In this document: positions 14,191 to 26,030 of the stretch, piece after piece
Numbering within the stretch: position 1 is the stretch's first letter
How the letters are laid out: the number at the start of each line of letters is the position of its first letter
NCBI GenBank assembly: GCA_964016885.1
Contig: OZ024747.1
Coordinates: 12,772,001 to 12,836,000 of the forward strand
Direction: 5' to 3'
DNA from: Eledone cirrhosa
Taxonomy: Eukaryota
Length of the DNA stretch: 64,000 nt
Position numbers and translations under genes: made by a program
The notes under the pieces: model-generated
The model's database searches: none
Told to the model about the DNA's origin: nothing
What the model saw: the letters and a program-made list of their open reading frames with translations, nothing else

Positions 14191-14390
14191 GGAAAATGTT
14201 TAACCCCGACGGCAGAGCTCAAGCCGTTTCGAGGGCTATTTCAGTCCAGAAATAGCCGTCGAAGCGGCTTGAGCTCTGCCGTCGGCGTTAAACATTTTCC
14301 TATTACCCACTCTACCACTCTACTACCCTAAGTATTGAGTACTCTGGTGCGTTATGGTCCATCTGGTTCCTTACCACACTTCCTTCGTTT
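14188..14390 (+). mobile_element. Fold-back Penelope-like pLTR remnant with hammerhead 3' half (family H1)
   Basis: Near-perfect hairpin 14188-14303 with arms containing GAAA-CGGC-loop-GCCG-TC-GGGG, then a tail with TATTGAGTAC. Flanked by (TA)n. Homologous to 25304 and 57792. Confidence 0.7.
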
Positions 14391-14439
14391 TATATATATA
14401 TATATATATATATATACTGCCTCCTGTCATTTTACTCAC

Positions 14440-14535
<96 letters not shown>

Positions 14536-15186
14536 CAAACAAATATATGGGCACATAAAATGGTGCTGATTACTTTAATTTCAGAAAAAAACCTTTCCCT
14601 AGTTTCGCAATTCTCTCACACAAATCCATAAATAGTCTCAAGTCAATTTATTATAAACCAGTCAATAGTGTGATTGGGTCAGAAAACGGGACTATGAACC
14701 AGGGCCTTTCTTCTTTTGAAAAGAAAGTTATAGAGATTAGGGATTCAACAAGTTTTTCATATTTAAATCAAATCCCTTTTTAAAAATCTGTTTATAAAGA
14801 AAATAAGGACAGAAACAGAAAACCTTTACAATTTGTATCTTTCCCACCAGTTTTACATTTCTTTACATGTTGTAGACAATTCTTTCTTAATATAAGGACA
14901 TTGATTTTATTTATTGTAGTTGTATGACGTAAATAAATATTGATTGCAGCTGGTAGAATCCCAGCTGTTCAAGACTAAAGAAGTCTTTTCTGGCACCAAA
15001 GAAAAGACTCTCACGAAGAGAATTCAAATATATAGTTAAGTGGGTTCTAACATGTTTAACGTATTGAACTAAATAAACCAATGAACAAATGAAAATTTAA
15101 TCAATCAAAATTACTCCGGAATGAAAAGAAAAATCCTGAACGTTAATGATAATTCTTGTTAAAAGAGACAGTGGAGATAACTCTGA

Positions 15187-15490
15187 TATCTATCTATCTA
15201 TCTAGGGCAGGTAAAATTCCCGAGATCCATGGGCGAGTTCTCTCCAGCGGTCTCTGTCCCTCATTATCGCTGCCATGTCCTGTGTCTCCAAGAGACCAGT
15301 GTCTGTCCTTAGGGCATCAACATATGTTAACCTCGGTCTTCCTCTTTCAGTGTGTCCATGCAGTGGCTCCCACAGGAGCACTGAGTGCAGTTTCAACTCT
15401 GGATGTCAGTGAGCATGTCCAACTAACCTTAGTGTCTTCTGTGTCACTTTCGAGCTGACTTCTGGGAGGCTCCCGTACAGCTCTGATATC
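15187..15490 (-). mobile_element. RTE-like LINE 3' fragment
   Basis: LLWEPLHGHTERGRPRLTYVDALRTDTG..AIMRDRDRWR, followed by a short (TAGA)n tail. Confidence 0.75.
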
Positions 15491-15789
15491 CAAATTGATT
15501 AAACATTGAATGAATAGTCACCATGGAAGGTTGTTTGAGATTTTTCAGTCTGGGACTTTGTGATGAATGTAATAGTTTTAACTATTAAGGTATGAGAGAT
15601 ATAGTTTTTCATGAGGGAAATAGTGAGGGATATAGAGATAAGGAGTTTGTTATATCTTGTACAATCCGCCATCAGAAGTATCTCATTGAATGTGATGATT
15701 GGTTGTCTAGGGTTGCTGGTTAGAAAGGTGACATGGATTTACAAGATGAAACTTTAAATCTGTTGTGGTGAAACAAAGTTTCTTGGTGA

Positions 15790-15991
15790 ATTTACCTTTC
15801 ATCCTTACAGAGAGGGGAAAGTCGATTAAATCGACCTCAGAACGTTACTGGTGCTTTATTTTATCGACCCCCCCGTAAGGATGAAAAGCAAAGTTAACCC
15901 CGGCGGGATTTGAACTCAGACCGTAAAGGACCGTAACTCTATACTGCAAAGCATGGTGTCCGACTCTCTACCAATACTGCCAATCCACCGC
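15790..15991 (-). mobile_element. SINE family A (long subtype, 3' end disrupted)
   Basis: Consensus match. Confidence 0.85.
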
Positions 15992-16660
15992 CATCGCCAC
16001 CGCCATCGAGGATGTAACAATAAAAACACTGAACGTAATTCTATGGCGACAGAAAGAATTGTGTACTCCTCAAACTGTCAGACTGTACTTCGAAGCTGAA
16101 GGATAGAATAGTGTACCACCGTTTAGCTGAAGAATAATATATATAGGCGAAACACACGAGCACACTTGAGACACGTGATTGTGATATGATTACACAACAC
16201 TTGTTTGATAATACTCAATATGAGTTCAATACACGATAAAATTAAAAGAAACTTTCTCAACTGTTTGGTCACAAATACTCAATTTGTGATCTTTCTAACC
16301 CCCCCCCCCCCTTACCCCACAAAAAAAAAAGAAAAAAGAATTAAGAATTTTGAAGGATTTAGTAAAATTACTAAGTCTGTAATTGCTAAGCTGGTGTACC
16401 GACTTGGCGTTTACAACGATATCGTTAAATCTGGCTTAAGACACAGCTGGTTCCCCGCCGAAGTTGGTGAAGTTAACTGAGGGGTATAGTAAAAGGTCGG
16501 ATGACATCACACTCCCCATTACGGATGTGATCTGCAACGATATTTTCTCCCCGTGGTAATATGATGAAATCAACATAAGACGGAGGCTTCGCCGGTCGAC
16601 TGTCGCAAGCTGACAAAGTACCAGATGCTCTTTGATAGGTTTCTTGTCGAATATATATAT

Positions 16661-16724
<64 letters not shown>

Positions 16725-16807
16725 TTATATGATATATATATGTATTAAAATTCATATTTTCATATTTTTTAATCAGAAGCTGATTAGAGGTATGGGGCTT
16801 GCAGCTG

Positions 16808-16882
<75 letters not shown>

Positions 16883-16929
16883 CCTATATATACATACATA
16901 TACATACATACATACATACACACATTCAT

Positions 16930-16960
<31 letters not shown>

Positions 16961-17201
16961 AATATAATACTCCAGTTGTAAGACTCGTAGCTCAAATCAG
17001 CTTTTGATAAAAAACTATAAAAATATAAATTTTAATAAGTTTTAATAAGTTTAAAAAAAAATAATTCCAGAATTTCTGAACATAAAAATCCGAAGAACTT
17101 TAACGTAAAAGTCATAATTAAAATCTTAGAATGGAATTAAAAAAAAAGAAAAATCTATGCTAATACGAATAAGTGCCTTAGTTGTTGCCTAACTGCGGTA
17201 T

Positions 17202-17424
17202 TTAAACCTTTAGCATTTAAACCGGCCATATCCGGCCAGAATTCTTTCACCTCTTTTTGTTCAAACCGGCTGTAATCGGCCACACATACTGATGTTAAGG
17301 TATTGTTCTCAAAGTAAATAATATCAAAATCTCGTAGCTTCGATATTATGTGAGATAATTATGTGAGGTAAAACCACAAAAATTTAATAGTATATATAGA
17401 GTAATGTAAATGATAAAGGGTTAA
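17202..17424. mobile_element. piggyBac-type MITE
   Basis: TTAA-flanked inverted ends (A/C)CCTTTAGCATTTA..TAAATGATAAAGGG. Inverted sibling at 23467-23748. Confidence 0.65.
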
Positions 17425-18859
17425 AGAATGGAGGCAAATGGCCATAATGTTACTACGGCATCGTAGGAAATGGGTTCGACATAACCATTGCTTTCCTTTC
17501 ACGAGACTTCCCCACCTCTCCTCTTCTCTCGTACAAACTCGTAGACATGAATATTTAAACTCGGCTGGTGTAGTTCCAATGTAGTAGGCTATTAGCCAGG
17601 GTTGCCAGGGTGATTTCCTTTCAAAATGTCAACCGTCTTTCAAGAATATTGTCCCCCTCCTACATCTTTTAACAGTTATATATTGATTTCTTACATTGGT
17701 GAAAAGTTCATCTAAGAGCTATATATCGAGAATGAATATTTTGTTTGAAATGAAAATCACCCATAATATCATACAATACCATATCATACAATACAATACA
17801 CTACAATACAAAACAAGAAACTCGTGCCAAAATGGTCGGTTTTATTTTTTATAAATTTCGTACATTAGAAAAATACCAGAAATTTGCAGTTGATGGAATA
17901 CATGACCAATGCTTATTGTATCGATTTCCGTAGGATACAGGGTTAAAACTTAGATGGACGAAAATAAATTCTAAAAAGTACCGTGTCCGTTGGTTTACCA
18001 TATTGCCAAACTACTGCTATTATTGCTCTCAAAACACTCTTTTGGGATTGAGAAAATAAAGTACCAGTCCAGCATTGGGGTCGATTTAAAAGACTTTCCT
18101 CATTTCCCAAAATTGCTGTCCTTGTGCCTGTGTTAGAAACCATAAGGGCAGTGTATTGGCAGAATCATTGGAGCATCTGACAAATGCTTAGCTGTATTTG
18201 TTCTGGCTTTTGACGTTCTGAGTTTGGTCAACTTTTCCTTTCATTCTTCTGAGGCCAATACAATAAAGTACCAGTTCCCTTCCTACCTAAATTACTAGCG
18301 TTGTGCCTAAATGAGAAACCATTGTTGCTGCCAAACAAAGAATAAAATGAAGACTAGAGTACAAGATTGGTAACGCTCTCCCCCATCTCCGGAAACGTTT
18401 GAAATTCGCTTGATTTATGTCTTGAGGATAGGTGAGGGCTGGTTGATGATTCGGCCAGGATAAAAGACCATTATCCCCATCTCATTTCTTCGAAGAAGAT
18501 CCTCACCGAAAGTGCCCGAACCAATCTTATCGCAAAGCTCACGGACTTATCTTATTTTATTAATTTTATTAAAGACAAACCAAAGTTTGGCAAACCAGAA
18601 AATTATTTTTACGCTAAACTGAGTTTGCGAATTCCAAATGACTATAATTATGTGAGAGCTGACAATTCTTGAGCATTCTTACGGTCAACAGAAACAGTCA
18701 GATGTCCAGTCTAACGTGATCACTGTGATTAGAATGTGATTTACAACCAATAAAAATTGACAATGCGTCTTGATCATTCAGACTAAATATTTCCCACTGT
18801 TTTTCTTTGAAATTACAACAGATATTTACAGAAAATAATTATGATTTTGGATTACAATG

Positions 18860-18913
<54 letters not shown>

Positions 18914-19074
18914 TAATTGTTTCTACTTTAGGCACAAGGCCAGCAATCACCCAGTGCATTACTGGTACTTTATTTTATCGACCCCGTAAGGATGAAAGGC
19001 AAAGTTAACCTCGGCGGGATTTGAACTCAGATCATAAAGGGACGTAACTATGCTGGAAAGCATGGCGTCTGACC

Positions 19075-19075
<1 letters not shown>
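18914..19075 (-). mobile_element. SINE family A (short subtype, head truncated) in (TA)n
   Basis: Consensus match. Confidence 0.85.
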
Positions 19076-19133
<58 letters not shown>

Positions 19134-19138
19134 CACAC

Positions 19139-19196
<58 letters not shown>

Positions 19197-19559
19197 CATG
19201 TAGATCTCGAGTGAAATATATATATATATGTGTGTGTATATATATATACACACACACACATATATATATATGTACATATATATCTATCTATCTCTCTCTC
19301 TATATATAGTATGTGTGTGTTTACTCATCTATTCTGCTTTCGTTTCTATCAACGCCTCTTACTTCCACCCAACCGTTTCTTCACTTTTCTTTCATTCTTT
19401 GTTTCATTCTTTCATTGCGTTTTTATTATTTATTACCGAAATATGTTCTGTTCCTTGCATTCTGAGTTCAAATCTCTCTACGACCTATTTCGGTGGTGCA
19501 AGTAATTCCTTGTCCCTTTTAACAACACCGCCTTGCTCGTAAAACTGATAGAAACAACT

Positions 19560-20280
19560 ATATTAAGACATTTTCCCTTTCTCTCAATGCTTCCCTACTA
19601 CAAAAAGAAAATAATTTCAGATTTAAGCTATTTTGTCAGCAGCAATCTATTAATAAAGCATTTCTTCTAGGTTTGAAGGATCAAAATAAGCAATAAGAAT
19701 ATTAAACCCCCGAAACGCTGACTTGTTAACTTGTGTAGAAAACTGAATTTATCTACTTTTCAACATCTTCTGCAGTGTCATAAATACGCCATTTTATTAT
19801 ATTGTTACCCAGAGAAATAATTTTAGGAAAAGATATAGGGTCCTTATTCATAACAGTTTCTATAGCTTCCTTTCCAGCTGATATAATAATGTCTTCTTCA
19901 ATTGTACGCGGAATTCCTTGTTCGTTATGTTAAATAATTGTTTCTACTTTTGGCACAAGACCAGCGATTACCCAGTGTATTACTGGTACTTTATTTTATC
20001 GACCCCGTAAGGATGAACGGCAAAGTTAGCCTCGGCGGGATTTGAACTCAGAATGGCAAGGGCCGTAACTCTATGCGTCAAAGCATGGCGTCCGACCCTC
20101 TACGATACATATCGTAAAAAGCCTTCCTTTCATTCAGTGACTTAAACTGAAAATATCTGCTTTACTTAACTGAATGCATCATCTCAAACTGGTCTTTCAT
20201 TTCCGAAGGTTTCATTACATGATTTCCAGATGTCTTTTCACACAATAAACTCTCTACAAATTTGACGTTCTTACAAATAT
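19560..20280 (-). pseudogene. Decayed hAT/Charlie (ZBED5/SCAND3-like) transposase, split by a SINE
   Basis: Frameshifted pieces MKPSEMKDQFEMMH, GIPRTIEEDI, AGKEAIETVMNKDPISFPKIISLGNN, RIYDTAEDVE, FSTQVNKS and NLEEML follow the order of Charlie motifs (MKPS.L..H, KPHTIGE.LI.PA, IPLSNNT..RRI..MA.DVE, FS.QLDES). Confidence 0.65.
19934..20103 (-). mobile_element. SINE family A (short subtype)
   Basis: Consensus match. Confidence 0.88.
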
Positions 20281-20362
20281 ATCACTTCACCACCTGCTGA
20301 CAACAGTCTTTTCTCCAAATATGGAGAAGTGTTTAACGAGGAAGTGTCAACCTTCCTTACTT

Positions 20363-20442
<80 letters not shown>

Positions 20443-20604
20443 GTTATGCAATATGGTAAAGGAACCATTCAAGGAAGGATCGATGGGCAGTACAGCATGG
20501 AAAGTTTATAAAGAACAAACATACTTGACCCAAAGATACGCATCAATGATGGAAATCTTCTTTATACATGTGGTCAATCGAATCGCTAGAAATAACAGCA
20601 ACTA

Positions 20605-21247
20605 GAAAAACACAACCCACTATCTTAAATAAAGAACGGTGCATTGAACAAAAAAGACGTTACGGTCATGGTTGGAACGACTTTGATGACAGGCCGGCTC
20701 AATCATGGCGGCCATGGTACAAAACAACATAACACAGCACAAATTCTGCAACAAGACATGAGCTGAAAAAACACAACCCACTGTCTTAGATAAAGAACGG
20801 TGCATTGAACAAAAAAGACGTTACGGTCATGGCTGGAACGACTTTGATGACAGGCCGGCTCAATCATGGCGGCCATGGTACAAAACAACATAACACAGCA
20901 CAAATTCTGCAACAAGACATGAGCTGAAAAAACACAACCCACTGTCTTAGATAAAGAACGGTGCATTGAACAAAAAAGACGTTACGGTCATGGCTGGAAC
21001 GACTTTGATGACAGGCCGGCTCAATCATGGCGGCCATGGTACAAAACAACATAACACAGCACAAATTCTGCAACAAGACATGAGCTGAAAAAACACAACC
21101 CACTGTCTTAGATAAAGAACGGTGCATTGAACAAAAAAGACGTTACGGTCATGGCTGGAACGACTTTGATGACAGGCCGGCTCAATCATGGCGGCCATGG
21201 TACAAAACAATATAACACAGCACAAATTCTGCAACAAGACATGAGCC
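20605..21247. repeat. 161-bp tandem repeat, 4 copies
   Basis: Near-identical units. The ORF track repeats at 161-bp offsets (20805, 20966, 21127). Confidence 0.95.
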
Positions 21248-21714
21248 GAAGTCAGGCGCTCCAGGAAGCTTATAACATACAGAACATTGAACCTGAACGT
21301 CTGGAGAAGATCATTGGAATAAATATTGCAAACACGATATATGTCAGTACGTGTTAAAATTTCGGATATGTTATTGTTATTTAAAACAAACGATTATTTC
21401 TCATTAATTTATTTCATTTTTATGGTGACCCTTAGGGTAAATAAATATTTAATTACGAAAACATTTGAAACGCCATTCACTGCCTATCATAGAAACGTGA
21501 TTATAAAAATTATGTCTCAGAAACTGAGTCCGTTTGCGTGTGTCTACACACATTACGCACAAACAAACACATACATGTAAGTATGCACACACACACAGAC
21601 ACGCACAGACACAGACACAGACACACAGATGCACAGACACAGACACACAGATGCACAGACACACACACACACACATATTTAAACATGCATCAATAATATA
21701 TATATACATATATA

Positions 21715-21751
<37 letters not shown>

Positions 21752-21858
21752 CACGCACACACACATATATATACATACACGCACACACATATATATATAT
21801 ATATATATACATATATATACATATATATATATATACACATATATATATATACACATAC

Positions 21859-21889
<31 letters not shown>

Positions 21890-22991
21890 GGAGTACATCA
21901 GGGTTCGGTCCTCAGCCCGCTCTTGTTCATTATAGTCCTCCAAGCCATAACAGAGGAGTTTAAGACTGGCTGTCCATGGGAACTTCTCTATGCTGACGAT
22001 CTGGCTCTTATGGCAGAATCAGTAGAGGAGCTAGAGAATAAATTCCGGCTATGGAAACAGCAGTTGGAAGCAAGAGGACTGAGAGTAAACCTAGCTAAGA
22101 CAAAAGTGTTGATGAGTAGAAAAGAGGACAAATCTCTGATTCCGTCAGGGAAATGGCCATGTTCGATATGCAGAAAAGGAACTGGCATAAATTCTATAAA
22201 ATGCACACAATGTAGGTCCTGGGTACACAAGAGATGTAGCGGGATAGCAGGCAAACTAACAGGTAGGGAGAAATATGTATGCAGTAGATGTACAGGGAAA
22301 TTAGACAGTAGAAGTCGCACTGATAGACACATTTTTCAAATGCGAGAGGGCGCTATAGAAGTGGTGGATAGCTTCCGGTACCTAGGAGATCAGATTAGCA
22401 TGGGAGGAGGGTGTTCCGAGGCCATAGTATCTAGAATAAGGACGGGTTGGAAGAAGTTTAGGGAGCTGCTTCCTCTGTTGACGAAGAAGGGTTTCTCCCT
22501 GCGTACGAAAGGCCGGTTGTATGATGCCTGTGTGAGGAGCGCGATGCTGCATGGTAGTGAGACATGGGCAGCTACCGCAGAAGATATGCGACGGCTGGAG
22601 AGAAATGAGGCAAGCATGCTCCGTTGGATGTGCAGTGTAAATGTGCGTGAACGACCCAGCATAAATGTGTTGAGAGAGAAACTGTGTCTGAGAGGGATAG
22701 AATGTAGTGTACGGGAGAGGAGACTGAGGTGGTATGGACATGTGATGCGCATGGAGGATGACCGATGGGTGAAGAAGTGCCAGGAAATGCCAGTTGAAGG
22801 AAGACGTGGTAGAGGTAGACCACGAAAAACATGGGCGGAGGTGGTGAGAACAGACCTCAGATCATTGAAGCTCACGGTGGAGATGACGAGGGACCGTGAC
22901 GAGTGGAGAGATGCTGTGCTAAATAAGACCCGTCCCACCCTTGCAAGCAGGGAAAAGCGGACGTAAAATGATGATGATGATGATGATGATG

Positions 22992-22993
<2 letters not shown>
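21890..22993 (+). mobile_element. Young 5'-truncated RTE-clade LINE: RT C-terminal half with embedded PHD-type zinc finger
   Basis: Open frame 21890-22966: [29 protein letters not shown], Cx2C-x10-Cx2C-x4-Hx2C-x14-Cx2[26 protein letters not shown]. (ATG)n tail. Inserted in (TA)n. Confidence 0.93.
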
Positions 22994-23022
<29 letters not shown>

Positions 23023-23069
23023 CATACATACATATATATACACACACGCGCGCGCGCGCGCGCCAACAA

Positions 23070-23107
<38 letters not shown>

Positions 23108-23466
23108 CCAAGTTAAAATGCTTCTATGTGTATTTGACTGCTATACTAAAACTTGTATCAATTTCCTGTATATTGCTTGAAATAGCTTTGTACAAACTGA
23201 GGGCATTCATAGCAATAGAAGATTTTTGGAACATCTATAAACTAATATTTTATCATAAAGAAGGATCAATGTTTAATGATATTTTATATTTTATATATAA
23301 CAAATATACTTGTTGTTACTAAGACCTATATTGACTGTGGTTGACCATACCTATAATAAAATGCCTTCCAATTATGACCAACTACACCGTCTTTTAGTGT
23401 ATTTAGGATTACATTTTCCAATATGTCTTAACTTATCTTGTAAAAATTAAAAGAAATAATATATTT

Positions 23467-23748
23467 TAACTCTTTAACATTTTCATTACTCTATATTTAC
23501 TATTATATTTTCATGGTAAAGATTTTACCTCACATAATATCGAATTTCTGAGATTTTTATATTATTTATTTTGATATAAAATAAAGTACCAGTAATGTAC
23601 TGGGTAATTGCTGGCCTTGTGCCAAAAGTAGAAACAATTATTTATTTTGAGAACGATACTTTAACATGAGTATGAATGGCCAGTTATGGTCGGTTTGAAA
23701 AGAAATAGGTGAAGGTCGGATACAAACGGTTTAAATGCTAAAGGGTTA
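23467..23748. mobile_element. piggyBac-type MITE carrying a SINE A tail fragment
   Basis: Ends ..TAAATGCTAAAGGG-TTAA. Inverted homolog of 17202-17424. SINE tail at 23576-23640. Confidence 0.6.
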
Positions 23749-24392
23749 AAGATGGTAAGGTGTGGTTTAAGTGAACTTAACTGCTAATTCCAGCATATCT
23801 TTGTCTGGAAATAAATGCGGTGAAAGGTGAAATTGATATATTACAAAAAAACAAAACAAAAAGGAGAGAAAAAAAAGGTCGTTCTCAATACAGAAAATTC
23901 ATAGCAATATTCCCTTTAAGATATTGTTACTAATTAGGACATCTTCGTGCCAAATTTCGACTCATTCTGACCAAAAGCAAATATCTTCAGTCCTTCTCAA
24001 CCATCTCATTAAGCTGTATATACAGGAATATATATGATGGACGTGTCACAACAATGCCACAGACTTTAACAGAGAAACATGGAAATACATGAAAATAATT
24101 ATGGATTCGGATTTAACACTTTTCATACTAAACCGCACGTAAACGACCCTGATTCCATGATATAATAATTTAAGCCATCCATTATAATTTTATATAAACA
24201 CATTTTCTTAAATTATGTACCAAACACCGAAATAAAAATGAGAACGTTAGTTATAATATGAAATCCCTCAGGTTCTTGGCTCTTTTCAAAATTAATTAAA
24301 ACACAAAGACAGTGCCTTTCATTAGAGATATGGTAACGAAAGGGTTAATATTTTTGTCAAACATGTCGAAAATTCATGTATACTGTATATAT

Positions 24393-24812
24393 ATATTGTT
24401 ATACTTTGGGAGAGTCATGTTGCCAATAAAAAACACACGCACCAGTTGCTTTCACTCCAATTTATTATAAATTAAAATTTTTTTTCAAAAAATTCCTTAA
24501 AAGAAAATTTTTTTTAATAAATTTCCGGTTGGTTGGTTGGTTCCACAACTGGACGGTTCATATATTGTCAAAGTTCTTTCGTCACACATTCTGTGACCTC
24601 TTCAGTGATTGGGGATGGGATTCTTTTCCTTGTTCTGTGCCTCTCCTTTGTTCTGTCCTACGCCATCTTGTTTTTGTGTGTGTTGTGTGCTTAGTTTGCG
24701 CATGTGTTACATCCGGGTGTCTGGCAACATGACCCTCCCAAAGTATAATAATATTGGTTTCAACACACGTTTTCAGATAAAGAATCTTGCTAAACAAATT
24801 CAGAAACGAAAT
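24393..24812 (-). mobile_element. Inverted-repeat Penelope-like remnant with degenerate hammerhead (family H4)
   Basis: Arms 24393-24425 and 24722-24754. Minus strand 24568-24608 reads CTGAAGA-gGTCACA-gaatg-TGTGAC-GAAA. Arm and tail are homologous to 61790-61958. Confidence 0.55.
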
Positions 24813-24823
24813 ATATATATATA

Positions 24824-24999
24824 CGTTATTCCGGGTTGAATCGGAGGTAACCACAGTAAGTAAGGTACTCAATACATTGCAGAGTATAAAAGTTTTAATA
24901 TAGATGAGATTCTACAGGACTAGAACTGTTTCATTCTTTAGAAATCATCAGGAATCACTGAAATTCCTGATGATTTCTAAAGAATGAAACAGTTCTAGT

Positions 25000-25003
<4 letters not shown>
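24824..25003 (-). mobile_element. Fold-back Penelope-like remnant (family H2)
   Basis: Hairpin 24916-25002 and tail with TATTGAGTAC, between (TA)n tracts. Homolog at 50097-50273. Confidence 0.75.
24908..24956 (-). ncRNA. Type I hammerhead ribozyme motif
   Basis: GATTC-CTGATGA-tTTC taaa GAAt-GAAA-CAG ttctagtc CTG-TA-GAATC. All three stems pair, cleavage triplet GUA, U-U at the base of stem II. Confidence 0.75.
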
Positions 25004-25046
<43 letters not shown>

Positions 25047-25244
25047 AATACGTGATTGATTTTTTTCGTTGCATTGGTTTTATGTGGTTAGGTTCAGCAG
25101 TCGCAGTTTTCAATTTATCAAGCTATCTAACGTATGTTATTACTCTAAGGTGACACAACCTTATCGAGTGATTTGCTACACATTCCTAATTGTATATCGT
25201 TAGCTTGACCACAGCCAAAACTTCGATTTTACTAAACTTCTATT

Positions 25245-25303
<59 letters not shown>

Positions 25304-25305
<2 letters not shown>

Positions 25306-25494
25306 CGAAGGAAGTGTGGTAAGTAACCAGGTGGACCATAATGCACCAAAGTACTCGATACTGGGTAGTAGAGTGGGTAATACGAAAAGAGTCAGGACCC
25401 CAACGGCTGAGCTCCGGTCGTTTCGATAGCTAGTTCAGATCTAGCTGTCGAAACGGCCGGAGCTCAACCGTTGGGGTCCTCACTCTTTTCCTAT
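25304..25494 (-). mobile_element. Fold-back Penelope-like remnant with hammerhead 3' half (family H1)
   Basis: Hairpin 25379-25494 with GAAAC(G)..GCCGT arms and a GAGTAC tail, between (TA)n tracts. Confidence 0.7.
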
Positions 25495-25615
25495 ATATAT
25501 ATATATATATATATAAATTTCGTATTTCTAAAGAAATACGGTTTTAGGAAGCCATAGCTATGCAAACACCGGGGCTAACGCCCTCTGGTGGTGTCCAGCA
25601 GAAGCAAGGGGGACA

Positions 25616-25659
25616 ACCGTCTATGCATTTCAGGCTTGACTGGCCTTCGTCAGGACGGT
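25616..25659 (-). ncRNA. Minimal type I hammerhead ribozyme
   Basis: ACCGTC-CTGACGA-AGGC cagtcaa GCCT-GAAA-TGCA-TA-GACGGT. Palindromic ATGCAT stem III as in minimal PLE hammerheads. Stem I extends to 25593/25686. Confidence 0.85.
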
Positions 25660-25948
25660 CCCTCCCACCGCTTGCTACTGCTGGACTTGAAAACAGTCGA
25701 GAATATATAGTTTTCTCGTCTGTGTAAATGAGGTGATTAATCTCATTTGCATATGAAGCTGCATAAGTTGGCTCAACTTATAATAGAAAAGAAATAGGAT
25801 TTCGCTTCAAGCATAGCTTTATACAATATGAGAGACTTTTCGCAAAATACATAATATTTTTTTTATTCGAGAAGGTAATGATAGCATTCTATATGTAGGT
25901 GCCCCCCCCCTTCATCTGGCAACCAATATGTTTAGACCTAGTTCGCCA

Positions 25949-26028
<80 letters not shown>

Positions 26029-26030
<2 letters not shown>

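Noticed and set aside
16430-16650. Another hammerhead element beside a microsatellite
   Set aside because: GAAA..ATA and an AAGTACC tail are suggestive, but there is no CTGANGA or stem I partner.
20605-21247. Tandem retrozyme interpretation of the 161-bp array
   Set aside because: It has TTGATGA plus a hairpin, but no CTGA, GAAA or stems I/III.
22382-23091. Antisense ORFs over the RTE and CRE fragments
   Set aside because: Shadow frames of the retroelement coding strand.
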